Assembly: GCF_001194135.2 (NCBI RefSeq)
Contig: NC_068988.1
Coordinates: forward strand, 60,156,892 to 60,220,891
Origin: Octopus bimaculoides
Taxonomy: Eukaryota
DNA: 64,000 bases
Reading direction: 5' to 3'
Part shown: one piece after another, positions 25,660-37,545 of the stretch
How the letters are laid out: the number at the start of each line of letters is the position of its first letter
Numbering within the stretch: the stretch's first letter is position 1
Notes under the pieces: generated by a model
The model's input: only the letters and a program-made list of their open reading frames with translations
Told to the model about the DNA's origin: nothing
The model's database searches: none
Made by a program: the position numbers and the translations under genes

Positions 25660-26975
25660 AAATTTATGGTATATGCTGAAAAGGAGGATGCCAAAGTGAA
25701 GTTGACCCCTCCAGAAGTGTTGTTAGCAGACGCCCAGAGAAAGATTATTTACAAATCACTACACCTGTCTGACAAGAAGATGGAAGTGACTCCGGAGGAG
25801 ACCATCGAGAGGTGTTTGAGTGGTATAAAGAAGTCATTACTTGCTACGCACGAGGAAGGAAATTCCGTACAGTGGAGGTGAGATTTCCCTCCGTAGAGGT
25901 GGCAGTAAAACACTCCAGTGCACCTATAAGAACTGCGGAATGGCTACTCCTGCACGCCTACCTATAAAAAAGAGTATCTACGGTGAGGGTTGATAGGATT
26001 CCACCCGAAATGAAAGAGGAGTGGGTAGCGGCAGCTGTCTTGTCAAGTACTAACGAATATGCACAAACTATACAAGTAACCAGAATTCAGCAGCTGAATT
26101 AATGTGGCTATGGACTCAAGTTACTTGTACAAGCAACTCAAGCTGACCTAATTGAAGTGCCTGAAGTAATTGAATTGCCTGACGAAAGAAAACTGACCGT
26201 AACAGTGGAGGGGAGACCCCCACCTGCTATGGGTGTAGCCAGAAGGGGCGCATCAAAAAGAAGTTCCCCCAAATGAAAAAGAACCAGAGAAGGGAGCTCA
26301 GGTCCTGCTTAATCACGAGGGTGCAGCAGAAGCAGCAGAAGAAAATCGTAATGCAGGCGATTTGTAACAAACAGACGCCGAGTAAGACTACATCCAAATT
26401 GTCAGGAAGAGAGGGAAAAGTGGCTCGTCTCCTAAAGGTTCAAAGAAAACGAAACAGAGAAGCAGTGCACAACAAACAGCAGCAACTACGGAAAGCAACA
26501 CACCCACTTAGCGCACGCCACAACCACCAGCACCAGAAAAAGAAGTAGTACGGAGACTCCTAGCGAGCAGACAATTGCAGACGTTCGGACCCTGGCAATG
26601 CAAACGGGTTATCTATTGTTTTAGAGAATCAGCAAAACCATGGACAAGACAAAAGATGGATTCAAGAGTGTTACTAATGTTACGCTATCTAATTTCACCC
26701 ACCTGAAACAAAATGTATCATCGCAGGCATACCAAGCTTCTAAAGAAGTACTATAAAAATGATGTACATCTAACACAAGAGAAGGTTAGGTACGAAATCC
26801 TGCTCCCGGAGGTAAAATATCCAGATTTAGATCCTTATATTATACAGACTACGTAAGACTTGTGTAGATAATTTAAACGTCTTATATTTTATTTCCCCGC
26901 GTGTACTGGCTTGTCTGTCCTTGTACCGTCCTCTTTGTGTTTCAGGCCTGGTGCCCAATAAAGAATTAAAATTTA
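25660..26975 (+). mobile_element. L1/Tx1-type ORF1-only non-autonomous retroelement (HAL1-like)
   Basis: STVRVDRIPPEMKEEWVAAAVL..GLKLLVQ..EVIELPDERKLTVTVEGRPP is similar to ORF1 at 54990-55245. Decayed knuckle CYGCSQKGRIKKKFP at 26225-26270. No EN or RT motifs. T-rich 3' UTR with AATAAA at 26957. Confidence 0.7.
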
Positions 26976-29344
26976 ATTCTAATTATATCATCCGCGTGAA
27001 CAGTATGGTCCGACAAAGCATTCGCTTTTTAAAAATTCTCAAAATTTTCATGTCTATTAAAAATTTAACAACTTTATGAGTCCTTTAACTGTCATGAGAG
27101 AAATATAGATAATTGCTATGGTTAGAGTTAGCTCGCCCATATCAACCTATATCTATTCGAAACAGCCGCCAGATTTTGTACATATTAATGATTCCCCTTA
27201 AATCATTTTATATTAACTTTCTCATCTACCCTCCTCATGGATTCTAATACGGACATTCAACCTCGCAAGTACATCTATGAACTTTAATTTTTATATATTT
27301 ATTCAACTTCGTACATTTACATATTTATAAATACTTATGAATTCTTATCATGTCTCATATATGTGAAAGCATCTATGTATATTGTGGAGAATTTCGACAA
27401 CTTGAAATGGGTTGAATGAATATGAGAACCAACGCTTGACATTTTTTCACACTTTCTTAATTTTATATACCTGAAGCTCCATTAGAGCTCTAAATAGTTG
27501 TGCTGTATAAAGCAGATAATTATACCATTTACTTTTTCATTTATATATATATATATATATATATATATNNNNNNNNNNNNNNNNNNNNNNNNNNNNNNNN
27601 NNNNNNNNNNNNNNNNNNNNNNNNNNNNNNNNNNNNNNNNNNNNNNNNNNNNNNNNNNNNNNNNNNNNNNNNNNNNNNNNNNNNNNNNNNNNNNNNNNNN
27701 NNNNNNNNNNNNNNNNNNNNNNNNNNNNNNNNNNNNNNNNNNNNNNNNNNNNNNNNNNNNNNNNNNNNNNNNNNNNNNNNNNNNNNNNNNNNNNNNNNNN
27801 NNNNNNNNNNNNNNNNNNNNNNNNNNNNNNNNNNNNNNNNNNNNNNNNNNNNNNNNNNNNNNNNNNNNNNNNNNNNNNNNNNNNNNNNNNNNNNNNNNNN
27901 NNNNNNNNNNNNNNNNNNNNNNNNNNNNNNNNNNNNNNNNNNNNNNNNNNNNNNNNNNNNNNNNNNNNNNNNNNNNNNNNNNNNNNNNNNNNNNNNNNNN
28001 NNNNNNNNNNNNNNNNNNNNNNNNNNNNNNNNNNNNNNNNNNNNNNNNNNNNNNNNNNNNNNNNNNNNNNNNNNNNNNNNNNNNNNNNNNNNNNNNNNNN
28101 NNNNNNNNNNNNNNNNNNNNNNNNNNNNNNNNNNNNNNNNNNNNNNNNNNNNNNNNNNNNNNNNNNNNNNNNNNNNNNNNNNNNNNNNNNNNNNNNNNNN
28201 NNNNNNNNNNNNNNNNNNNNNNNNNNNNNNNNNNNNNNNNNNNNNNNNNNNNNNNNNNNNNNNNNNNNNNNNNNNNNNNNNNNNNNNNNNNNNNNNNNNN
28301 NNNNNNNNNNNNNNNNNNNNNNNNNNNNNNNNNNNNNNNNNNNNNNNNNNNTATATATATAAGGCGTGAGAGGTATTGGTGTCAAAAGACCCAAATGTAA
28401 AGCTGAGTAAATGGTATGGACAGACTATAGTTAAGCTCCAGGTACGATAATGATATGAATGAGGAGTCCAACGTACGTCGTGTATTAGCATGTATATATA
28501 TATATATATAAATTAACAGGAGAGAAAAAAAATCCAAGACTGGGAATAGTTTTCATAGAAAACTATATACGTAATCAGGATATCATAATGGTAAACGGAG
28601 ATATACAAGGAGTTAGGTGCAGCGTAAAACATGTTCCTTTTTAGTATACCTACGACTGAGTTTGCTAAATCAACTGTAAGCTTTTATGGTAAAGATATAT
28701 ATACCGGCAGACAGAAATAACGAATCCATCGACCGTTTGACTAATTAATACTGATGATGCCTACAATATAGGTCTAGGTTTCGTCTAGTGATTCTAGAGA
28801 GGGTCTTGAGGTGGTTACCTCTCATGCCAGTGTGTGTGTGTATGTACTATAGAAATCGTAATTAGATTTTTCAACCTGAAACTTCTTCAATCCATGTTTT
28901 TTATTTTTAATTCATAAAACAAGCTTACACCTCTGTTAGTTATTTATTATTAATTAGCGTTCTCTGGATATGTATTGCTCTCTTTCTTCATTCAGGTATT
29001 TTTAGATATTATATAATATATTCATACTTTAATTTTCAATTTACACTCCCACCCCCACAAGAACAACTCGTTTATGTTTTTTTTTTATTAATGTGTTAAC
29101 CAATCAAATCCAAATGCTTATTGGTTAAACTGGATAATATGAAATAATATATTATATGTACCATAACAATTTTATTCCAGTCATGATCATAACAGTCTGA
29201 CGAGCGGGAAGATAAAAGTTTGAGCAACAGATTTTTGGGATGTTTTGGCAGCCTTAACAAAAAAACCATATTAATCTGCCGTCGGTATACGAGTACTATT
29301 TTCCCACCTTTTTTGCATTTATGTACTTACTCATGTGCATGGAT

Positions 29345-29990
29345 ATAGATTCTTTTTAATTTTCTTTTATTTGTTACAGTCAATTATTTGCGGCCATGCT
29401 GGAGCACCACTTTTACTTGAACAAATCAATCCCAGGACTTATTTTTGTAAGTCTAATACTTATTCAATCGGTCACTTTTGCCGAAATGCTAAATTATGGG
29501 GACGTAAACGCACCAACATCGGTTGTCAAGCGACGGCAGGAGAAAACGCAGACACTCTCACACACGCACACACACATAAACACTCACGCATACATCATAT
29601 ATATATANNNNNNNNNNNNNNNNNNNNNNNNNNNNNNNNNNNNNNNNNNNNNNNNNNNNNNNNNNNNNNNNNNNNNNNNNNNNNNNNNNNNNNNNNNNNN
29701 NNNNNNNNNNNNNNNNNNNNNNNNNNNNNNNNNNNNNNNNNNNNNNNNNNNNNNNNNNNNNNNNNNNNNNNNNNNNNNNNNNNNNNNNNNNNNNNNNNNN
29801 NNNNNNNNNNNNNNNNNNNNNNNNNNNNNNNNNNNNNTATATGTATATATATATATATACGGCGGGTTTCTTTCACAAGGCCCCGGGTTATAGTAGAAGA
29901 TAATTGCCCGAGTTGCCACGCAATTAGACTGAACCCGGTACCATGAGGTTGCTAAGAAATCTACTTACTACACAACCACTTCTGCGCCGA
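29345..29990 (-). mobile_element. tRNA-derived SINE family A spanning an N-gap in its internal microsatellite
   Basis: Reverse complement matches 42760-43190 at both the head (GGTTCAGTCTAATTGCGTGGCAAC) and the tail (GGTGCTCCAGCATGGCCGC). Confidence 0.8.
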
Positions 29991-30016
29991 AATATATATA
30001 TAACTTTTTCTAGTGC

Positions 30017-30048
<32 letters not shown>

Positions 30049-31164
30049 GCACTAAAAAAAGTTATACATGTGGATATGCATGCAAGTACATATGATGTAT
30101 ATTATACTTTTCATATATTATATAATTTTTACCTTGTGTATTTCATTTTAAACAGTTAGCACATGCGCTCTTAAGCAACATATACAGAAAATCGCTTCAT
30201 AATAAATATGCTTTGATTTCTTCACAGAAATCTTCTTCAAACGTTTCGAAAAACGAGAAAAGTCTTCGTTAGTATACACATATATAATCATATGTTATAC
30301 ATATTGCATAGGTATATGTTGCAATGAAAAAATATCGATTGTTTGGTGAATTGCGGTGTTCTATTTTAGGATTGGGCTATGATTTAGCTATTTAATAACC
30401 TTTATCTTCTTCCTTGATAAAAATAATGAGAGGGAGAAGGTTTGTTGAATTTAAGAATAGCAGCCGTGAATATGGCAACTACATAGAGATAATAATGATA
30501 ATCCTCTTTTAAAGGCAGAAATAGATAGCAAGATGTAGGCGTAAGAAACATTTGTGTAGGAGAAAAGTGAGAATGTGTGAAATCGGAATGGAATGGTTAA
30601 AATTAGATAAATAAAATTCGAGGAATAAATAAAAGAAAGAAGGGGAAATGACCAGGCTCTAATTTCGGTGTTAATGTCCTGATTATCATTAATGTCCTGA
30701 TTATCATTAATTTGAATATAATTACTTTATGTAAATTTAATGGAAAATAATTTTATACGAAAGTTATTTAAAATTTGAAATAAATCGTTAAAATAACGGA
30801 TGAGATAAATTTACATTGAAATTTAGTTTTAATTTGAAATATGAAATTATAAAATGTACATTTATCTAGCAATTAGAAGCTAAATATACAGACTTTTTAA
30901 TGTTAATTACTTAATTATGGATGGAAATAACAAGTAGAATTATCTCTAAGATTCTATTATTATTTTCTTTTTATTAAATTTAAAAGTTTAACTATTTTCA
31001 CTGTAAGTGTTTACTATCACTGCCTAACGATATTGATGATAGTGATATGGATGATGGTGATGATGATGGTTATCATAGTAACGACGATAGTGGTGGTGGT
31101 GGTCGTCGTCATCGGCATTATTATTATCAGTAGTAGTAGTAGTAGTAGTAACACCGCCATCGCT

Positions 31165-31330
31165 AAAGCGTCGGTATTGTTTCCAGTCGTGTTTGTTTCT
31201 TTGACCGTGGACAAGATATCTCACGAACCACGGGGTGGATTCGGATGAAACTTTCAGGGATGTTTGGCCTCGTGATTGGCACAAATAGATTAGATCTTGG
31301 AATCGATCCACTATAGGACAAGGATTCTGG
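31165..31330 (+). mobile_element. possible Helentron/HINE (DINE-1-like) remnant
   Basis: GTGTTTGTTTC..GGATTCGGATGAAACTTTCAGGG..GATTAGATCTTGG resembles the conserved HINE core. Recognised from memory only. Confidence 0.4.
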
Positions 31331-31355
31331 AATATTTATTATATTTACTTTACAT

Positions 31356-31357
<2 letters not shown>

Positions 31358-31427
<70 letters not shown>
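31358..31427. repeat. (AGT)n microsatellite
   Basis: Direct reading. Confidence 0.97.
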
Positions 31428-31431
31428 TAAT

Positions 31432-31662
31432 GCGGTGAGCCGGTATAATATTTAGCATGCCGGGCAAGTTGCTTAACGGTATATCGCCTAATTTTACGTT
31501 GTGGGTTGAAATCCCACTGAGGTCGACTTTTCTTCTCATCCTTTCGGGGATCAAATAATTGAGGAGCATTGAAACATTGGACTTGATATAATCGACTAGT
31601 CTTCTCCCCACAATTTTCAGGCCTTAAACCTTTACTAGAAAACATTATTATTATTATTATTT
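31432..31662 (+). mobile_element. tRNA-derived SINE family B with (ATT)n tail
   Basis: GCGGTGAGC head, GGGTTGAAATCCC B-box-like motif, GAGGTCGACTTT..CATCCTTTCGGGG core, TAATCGACT, and an ATT tail. Related copies occur four more times in the window. Confidence 0.8.
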
Positions 31663-32034
31663 TATGTTTGTTTTGCATTTGTACAAGTTGGATCCAAGTC
31701 TCACCCAGAAACCTCAAGAGACAACAAGTTAGAAGTTCATGTAGGTGTTATGCCTAGGGTACCATATATTTGGATTTGTACATTGTGTTGTTCTAGAGAA
31801 TGTTTAAGAAGCCATAAGAAAATAATGTGTTTGTTTTAAAATTTGAGATCACATAGACAGTATTTTACGTAGGATATGGGCAGTTCCCATGAGCACTATC
31901 TTTTGAACTTCAGCCATTTTGGGGTTTCCTGGTATCTGAGCTAGGTAGTAATCAACCCGTTTCGCTGTCATTCCCAGGGCACCTATGACAATAGGTATTG
32001 TTTTCGTCTTCAGTTTCCACATTTTGCTAATTTC
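31663..32034 (-). mobile_element. R4/Dong LINE 3' end, subfamily 1 (runs into gap)
   Basis: Minus strand: EISKMWKLKTKTIPIVIGALGMT..EVQKIVLMGTAHILRKILSM*, with a 3' UTR ending at (AAT)n. Confidence 0.85.
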
Positions 32035-32531
32035 NNNNNNNNNNNNNNNNNNNNNNNNNNNNNNNNNNNNNNNNNNNNNNNNNNNNNNNNNNNNNNNNNN
32101 NNNNNNNNNNNNNNNNNNNNNNNNNNNNNNNNNNNNNNNNNNNNNNNNNNNNNNNNNNNNNNNNNNNNNNNNNNNNNNNNNNNNNNNNNNNNNNNNNNNN
32201 NNNNNNNNNNNNNNNNNNNNNNNNNNNNNNNNNNNNNNNNNNNNNNNNNNNNNNNNNNNNNNNNNNNNNNNNNNNNNNNNNNNNNNNNNNNNNNNNNNNN
32301 NNNNNNNNNNNNNNNNNNNNNNNNNNNNNNNNNNNNNNNNNNNNNNNNNNNNNNNNNNNNNNNNNNNNNNNNNNNNNNNNNNNNNNNNNNNNNNNNNNNN
32401 NNNNNNNNNNNNNNNNNNNNNNNNNNNNNNNNNNNNNNNNNNNNNNNNNNNNNNNNNNNNNNNNNNNNNNNNNNNNNNNNNNNNNNNNNNNNNNNNNNNN
32501 NNNNNNNNNNNNNNNNNNNNNNNNNNNNNNN

Positions 32532-32573
<42 letters not shown>

Positions 32574-32604
32574 TATTATTATTATTACTATTATTATTAT
32601 TATT

Positions 32605-32820
32605 CAGTAGTTTTATTTTTATAACGTGCTTTCACTTCACTACCGAGCGCAGCTCTGTGTGCCTTGGGTATGTGCTGTGGTTTGCTGTGGTGCTCTTATG
32701 TTTACTGTATTGAAAGTGTTTTGCGTAGACTGTGTGCAGTACCCAGTAGTGCAATTTTCTGTATGTTATATATATTTGTAAGTCCTGGTGTTTTTGTTAT
32801 GTATTTGTCTGAATATTTTT
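32605..32820 (-). mobile_element. R4/Dong LINE 3' end, subfamily 2
   Basis: Minus strand: IQKIALLGTAHSLRKTLSIQ*. Flanked by ATT tracts and closely similar to 33191-33470 and 53240-53899. Confidence 0.85.
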
Positions 32821-32878
32821 TATTATTATTATTATTATTATCATTATTATTATTATTATTATTATTGTTATTATTATC

Positions 32879-33160
32879 ATTGCCTTTGCACGGCTTCTAA
32901 CGCTGGAGATGTACTGGAGAGTCAGCTGTTCACTACCAGTGAAATAAGGTAACACCTCTTATTTTTCGAGCACCTTCCGGAGTACTCGAACGGTTCCAAG
33001 CAGCTCCCCTTCGTTCTACGTACTTCTCAAGATGTTTGCTCACTGTCCCCAGGGCTCCGACAATTATTGGTAACACTGCTACTTTTTTCATCGACCACAA
33101 CTGCTTAACTCCCCAAGCTAACCTGTCATATCTCTCAACTTTTCTTTCTTCCTTATCGCA
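32879..33160 (-). mobile_element. R4/Dong LINE 3' end, subfamily 3
   Basis: Minus strand: DKEERKVERYDRLAWGVKQLWSMKKVAVLPIIVGALGTVSKHLEKY. The 3' UTR differs from its neighbours. ATT tracts on both sides. Confidence 0.8.
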
Positions 33161-33190
33161 TTATTATTATTATTATTATTATCATTGTTC

Positions 33191-33468
33191 TGTAGTTTTA
33201 TTTTTATAGCGTGCTTTCACTTCACTACCGAGCGCAGCTCTGTGTGCCTTGGGTATATGCTGTGGTTTGCTGTGATGCTCTTATGGTTACTGTATTGAAA
33301 GTGTTTTGTGTAGGATGTGTGCAGTGCCAAGTAGTGCAATTTCTGTATGTTATATATATTTGTAAGTCATGGTGTTTTTGTTATGTATTTGTCTGAATAT
33401 TTTTCTTATTATACCTAAGGCTCTTACTATGATAGGAATTGTTTCTGTTTTTAGATTCCACATTCGAG

Positions 33469-33470
<2 letters not shown>
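33191..33470 (-). mobile_element. R4/Dong LINE 3' end, subfamily 2 (second copy)
   Basis: Minus strand: TRMWNLKTETIPIIVRALGII..; similar but not identical to 32605-32820. Confidence 0.85.
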
Positions 33471-33521
<51 letters not shown>

Positions 33522-34480
33522 NNNNNNNNNNNNNNNNNNNNNNNNNNNNNNNNNNNNNNNNNNNNNNNNNNNNNNNNNNNNNNNNNNNNNNNNNNNNNNN
33601 NNNNNNNNNNNNNNNNNNNNNNNNNNNNNNNNNNNNNNNNNNNNNNNNNNNNNNNNNNNNNNNNNNNNNNNNNNNNNNNNNNNNNNNNNNNNNNNNNNNN
33701 NNNNNNNNNNNNNNNNNNNNNNNNNNNNNNNNNNNNNNNNNNNNNNNNNNNNNNNNNNNNNNNNNNNNNNNNNNNNNNNNNNNNNNNNNNNNNNNNNNNN
33801 NNNNNNNNNNNNNNNNNNNNNNNNNNNNNNNNNNNNNNNNNNNNNNNNNNNNNNNNNNNNNNNNNNNNNNNNNNNNNNNNNNNNNNNNNNNNNNNNNNNN
33901 NNNNNNNNNNNNNNNNNNNNNNNNNNNNNNNNNNNNNNNNNNNNNNNNNNNNNNNNNNNNNNNNNNNNNNNNNNNNNNNNNNNNNNNNNNNNNNNNNNNN
34001 NNNNNNNNNNNNNNNNNNNNNNNNNNNNNNNNNNNNNNNNNNNNNNNNNNNNNNNNNNNNNNNNNNNNNNNNNNNNNNNNNNNNNNNNNNNNNNNNNNNN
34101 NNNNNNNNNNNNNNNNNNNNNNNNNNNNNNNNNNNNNNNNNNNNNNNNNNNNNNNNNNNNNNNNNNNNNNNNNNNNNNNNNNNNNNNNNNNNNNNNNNNN
34201 NNNNNNNNNNNNNNNNNNNNNNNNNNNNNNNNNNNNNNNNNNNNNNNNNNNNNNNNNNNNNNNNNNNNNNNNNNNNNNNNNNNNNNNNNNNNNNNNNNNN
34301 NNNNNNNNNNNGGGGGCCTACCTGGCGTTCCCTTGGCACTAGGGGTGATCAGGATATGCGGAGTGCCTTGGGTGGCCCTGAGTGGAACTTCCCCTATTGG
34401 AAAATGTTGTTGTTTATTTTGTTAACTTTGTTTTTTATTGTTTGCACGTTTTTTCTTCTAAACCCCACTTGTTCCTTGTT

Positions 34481-34525
<45 letters not shown>

Positions 34526-35312
34526 AAGGAGGATGCCTACGATAAGGATAATGGTTCTACCGACGAAGATGGAGCCAACGATGGCGATGTTGTCAATGAC
34601 TATCACTTAGAATGTGACCATTTACTCTCATTTCCTTAATTATTGCTTGACTTCTACATAAATAATAGGCTATTGTATATCATTTATATGTCAACAATAT
34701 TACATTGCCCTACATTCTAATCTTCTCTTTAACTCAGTCTTATTTCTCCCTACACATACACTCCCCCCTTTCTCTCTCTCTTATTCTCTCTTTTTTCTCT
34801 ATCGTTCCAAATTTTCTTGTTAATTTTCTAAATCAATGGCATTGTCCTAGTACAGGGGACTGAGGTTACGATGTACTTCATTATAAATTCAGTGAGTTTT
34901 ACGTGCAGTCATCTGACACATTTTCACAATATCTAAATACAGTCTGCTCTCTAAAAAAAAACCCAAATTTATCAAGCCCGCTATTCTCCCTCACATTTTT
35001 TGTATTCTCATCTGAAAGACTTGAAAGCTTACAAATCAGACAAATAACAAAACATACCGAAACGAACAGCCATATTTCCCCCTCAAACTCTAGCTTACAT
35101 CCTTACATTCATATAGTACACGTATACACACACAAACACACACACATTTATCTATATATTCAAATGGACTTATATACGGACATACGTACGTACGTACGTA
35201 TGTATACGAAGAAGTTGTATACCTTATTCTAATATGAATATGTGAATAATTCCAGACTAACTAGTCTTTTAAACGTCAGTATTATGTATAAATACAATAT
35301 TATGTGTGTGTG

Positions 35313-35347
<35 letters not shown>

Positions 35348-35392
35348 GTTGTACGTGTGCGTGCGCCGATTTCATACACGTATAAAATTATT

Positions 35393-35480
<88 letters not shown>
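35393..35480. repeat. (TCTA)n fused head-to-head with (TAGA)n
   Basis: Direct reading; centre at 35435/35436. Confidence 0.95.
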
Positions 35481-35481
<1 letters not shown>

Positions 35482-35939
35482 ATGAATGGATGGACATATA
35501 CATACATATATTTAGAGCTATGTACACATATACATATAAACATATTCATACATATACTTGCGTATGTATATGTAAATTCATGAACTATTAAGCATTATAA
35601 AATTCTTACACACACACGCACATGCAAACAATATATACAATAATTTAGAATTTTTACGGGATGTGTATACTGGTGAATAGAAATACAGAAAGTAATATTA
35701 AACGAATGACCTACCGATGTGTAATTCGCAGCTATTTCTCCAAGTGTTGTCAAATGATACATTGCAGGTACGTCATCAATATCGATTCGACTTTGCCATT
35801 TTAACTAGTGTAAATAATTAAAAGAATATAAACATATAAATGACAAAAAATTGCTTCAACATCGCACCAGTATCTGCCTAAACTACAGAAAAAAATTCGA
35901 AGATAGATATATATATGCTAATGAATACCACCCAGATTC

Positions 35940-36300
35940 CCACCTCCATCGCAATCGGGATCTTATTTTCTAGCTTCATTCCCCAGGTTCTAAGGGACTC
36001 AATTCGTCACCTCTCTTAACTTAGACCTACCTTCCCATATATTTACACACACCAAACAGCCGCACCTTCCACTGCCACCTCCTTTATCCATCACACACCT
36101 TCTCTACATTATTATTGTCAGTGCCTAAACAACACTCCCTTATGCACCTCCAGCATATAGATACACATGCACTCGTTCATACACTATTTCATACTCCTCA
36201 CACACCAGCAGCCACACTCTAACTGCCCTCCTCCCACGTATAATAGCATGTATATACTGATGAGCCAACACGTCCCAAACCCAACGTCTTGTTAGCACTT
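35940..36300 (+). mobile_element. possible PLE 3' end/pLTR remnant
   Basis: DLIF*LHS..SKGLNS resembles the PLE terminal LIFxLxTLxPxGLN motif. It is followed by a C-rich UTR and CTGATGAG at about 36260 with no intact GAAA box. Confidence 0.35.
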
Positions 36301-37204
36301 ATCCTCTGTCTACATCGACCCACATACTTCCCACACAGCAGACGCATACCTTAGATAGCATCACACACATATACAAGGGTCCTTAAATACGTATACGTAC
36401 GTATAAACTTCGAATATACACACACATATCAACTTCATATACAAACATACCTTATTCACCCGCCCCATATACAGACACCAACTGATAACAGGGACACGCA
36501 CACTCGATGGCATACATGCCTGCACTTAAACACAGAAAACATTCATGTTTAAGCACATTCTTGACACGCACGCAGCAGTGTTACGCACACGCGCGCCCGC
36601 TCCTAAGATAGACACAAGAACACACCCGCTACTAGTACAAGGTGTAAGAGTTTAAGTATGCCACAGAACCGTGTAAGCTTCACATAAAGCTGAACCCGGA
36701 TGGACGGCACACGATGTGAAATGAGAATATGCAGGTACACCCTAATTTCAGCCGACGCAACATCAGTCACAAGCCTTCTATCGACCTCAGGCATGATAAA
36801 AGACACTTCATTATGATTACAGGCAATCGAATTTCATTACAGGCAATCGAATTTCATCCGGAAACAACACAGTGATGCCAGCCTGCTTCGTTTGTGAATG
36901 CGTGCATTTATGTGTGTGAGTGTGTGTGTGNNNNNNNNNNGAAACAACACGGTGATGCCAGCCTGCTTCGTTTGTGAATGCGTGCATTTATGTGTGTGAG
37001 TGTGTGTGTGTGTGTGCGTGTGCGTGTGCGTGTGTGTGTTTGTGTGTGTGCCCGCGTGTATGTACGTGTTGTACGTGTGTGTGTACGTGTCTGCGTGTGC
37101 GTGTGTGAAGATGTGTCAATGTGCGCGCGCACGAACGTGCCTCGCCTTACTGATTTCAGTCATGGCCTACTGTTACGCTAGTGCTTCACCTTTAAAGTGT
37201 TTGG

Positions 37205-37545
37205 TCGGAAAATTTCTGGTACTAATTCTATCATCACAAGATCAGGAACAAACCATCACTTGTTGAGCGATGTGGGGACGAACACAAAAACCCAGACACG
37301 ATAACACACACACACACACACACAGACATACACACACACACACACCATAAACACAAATTCCCGCAAAATATACATACACGCACATTTACAGGACATGCTT
37401 CTACACATTTTCTGTCTACCAAATTCATTCACAAAGCATCGATCGATCCGGCGCTGGAGAACAAGTATTTGCTCTAGATACTCCAGAATAGGACTGAACC
37501 CTTAACAGCGTGGTTTCAAAACTAATTTTATAAGCACACATCTAA
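37205..37545 (-). mobile_element. SINE family A, highly degenerate
   Basis: TTGTTGAGCGATGTGGGGAC, an internal CA tract and GGACTGAACCC..CGTGGTT match family A in reverse. Confidence 0.4.

Noticed and set aside
28745-28790. CTGATGA followed by a hairpin (hammerhead candidate); similar partial motifs at about 29195, 36260 and 51365
   Set aside because: No correctly placed GAAA box or stem I/III pairing.
30672-30707. 18-bp tandem duplication (TAATGTCCTGATTATCAT x2); similar duplication of about 21 bp at about 36830-36858
   Set aside because: Ordinary slippage-type micro-duplications.
34312-34485. GC-richer block followed by a T-rich tail and (AGT)n, possibly another LINE 3' end
   Set aside because: Truncated by the gap, with no diagnostic motif.
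31358-34525. Regularly alternating repeat/unique blocks superficially like a CRISPR array
   Set aside because: The repeats are simple trinucleotide tracts, the spacers are LINE 3' ends, there are no cas genes, and the context is eukaryotic.
36861-37010. 70-bp duplication with one SNP around a 10-N gap
   Set aside because: Typical of two haplotypes scaffolded in tandem.
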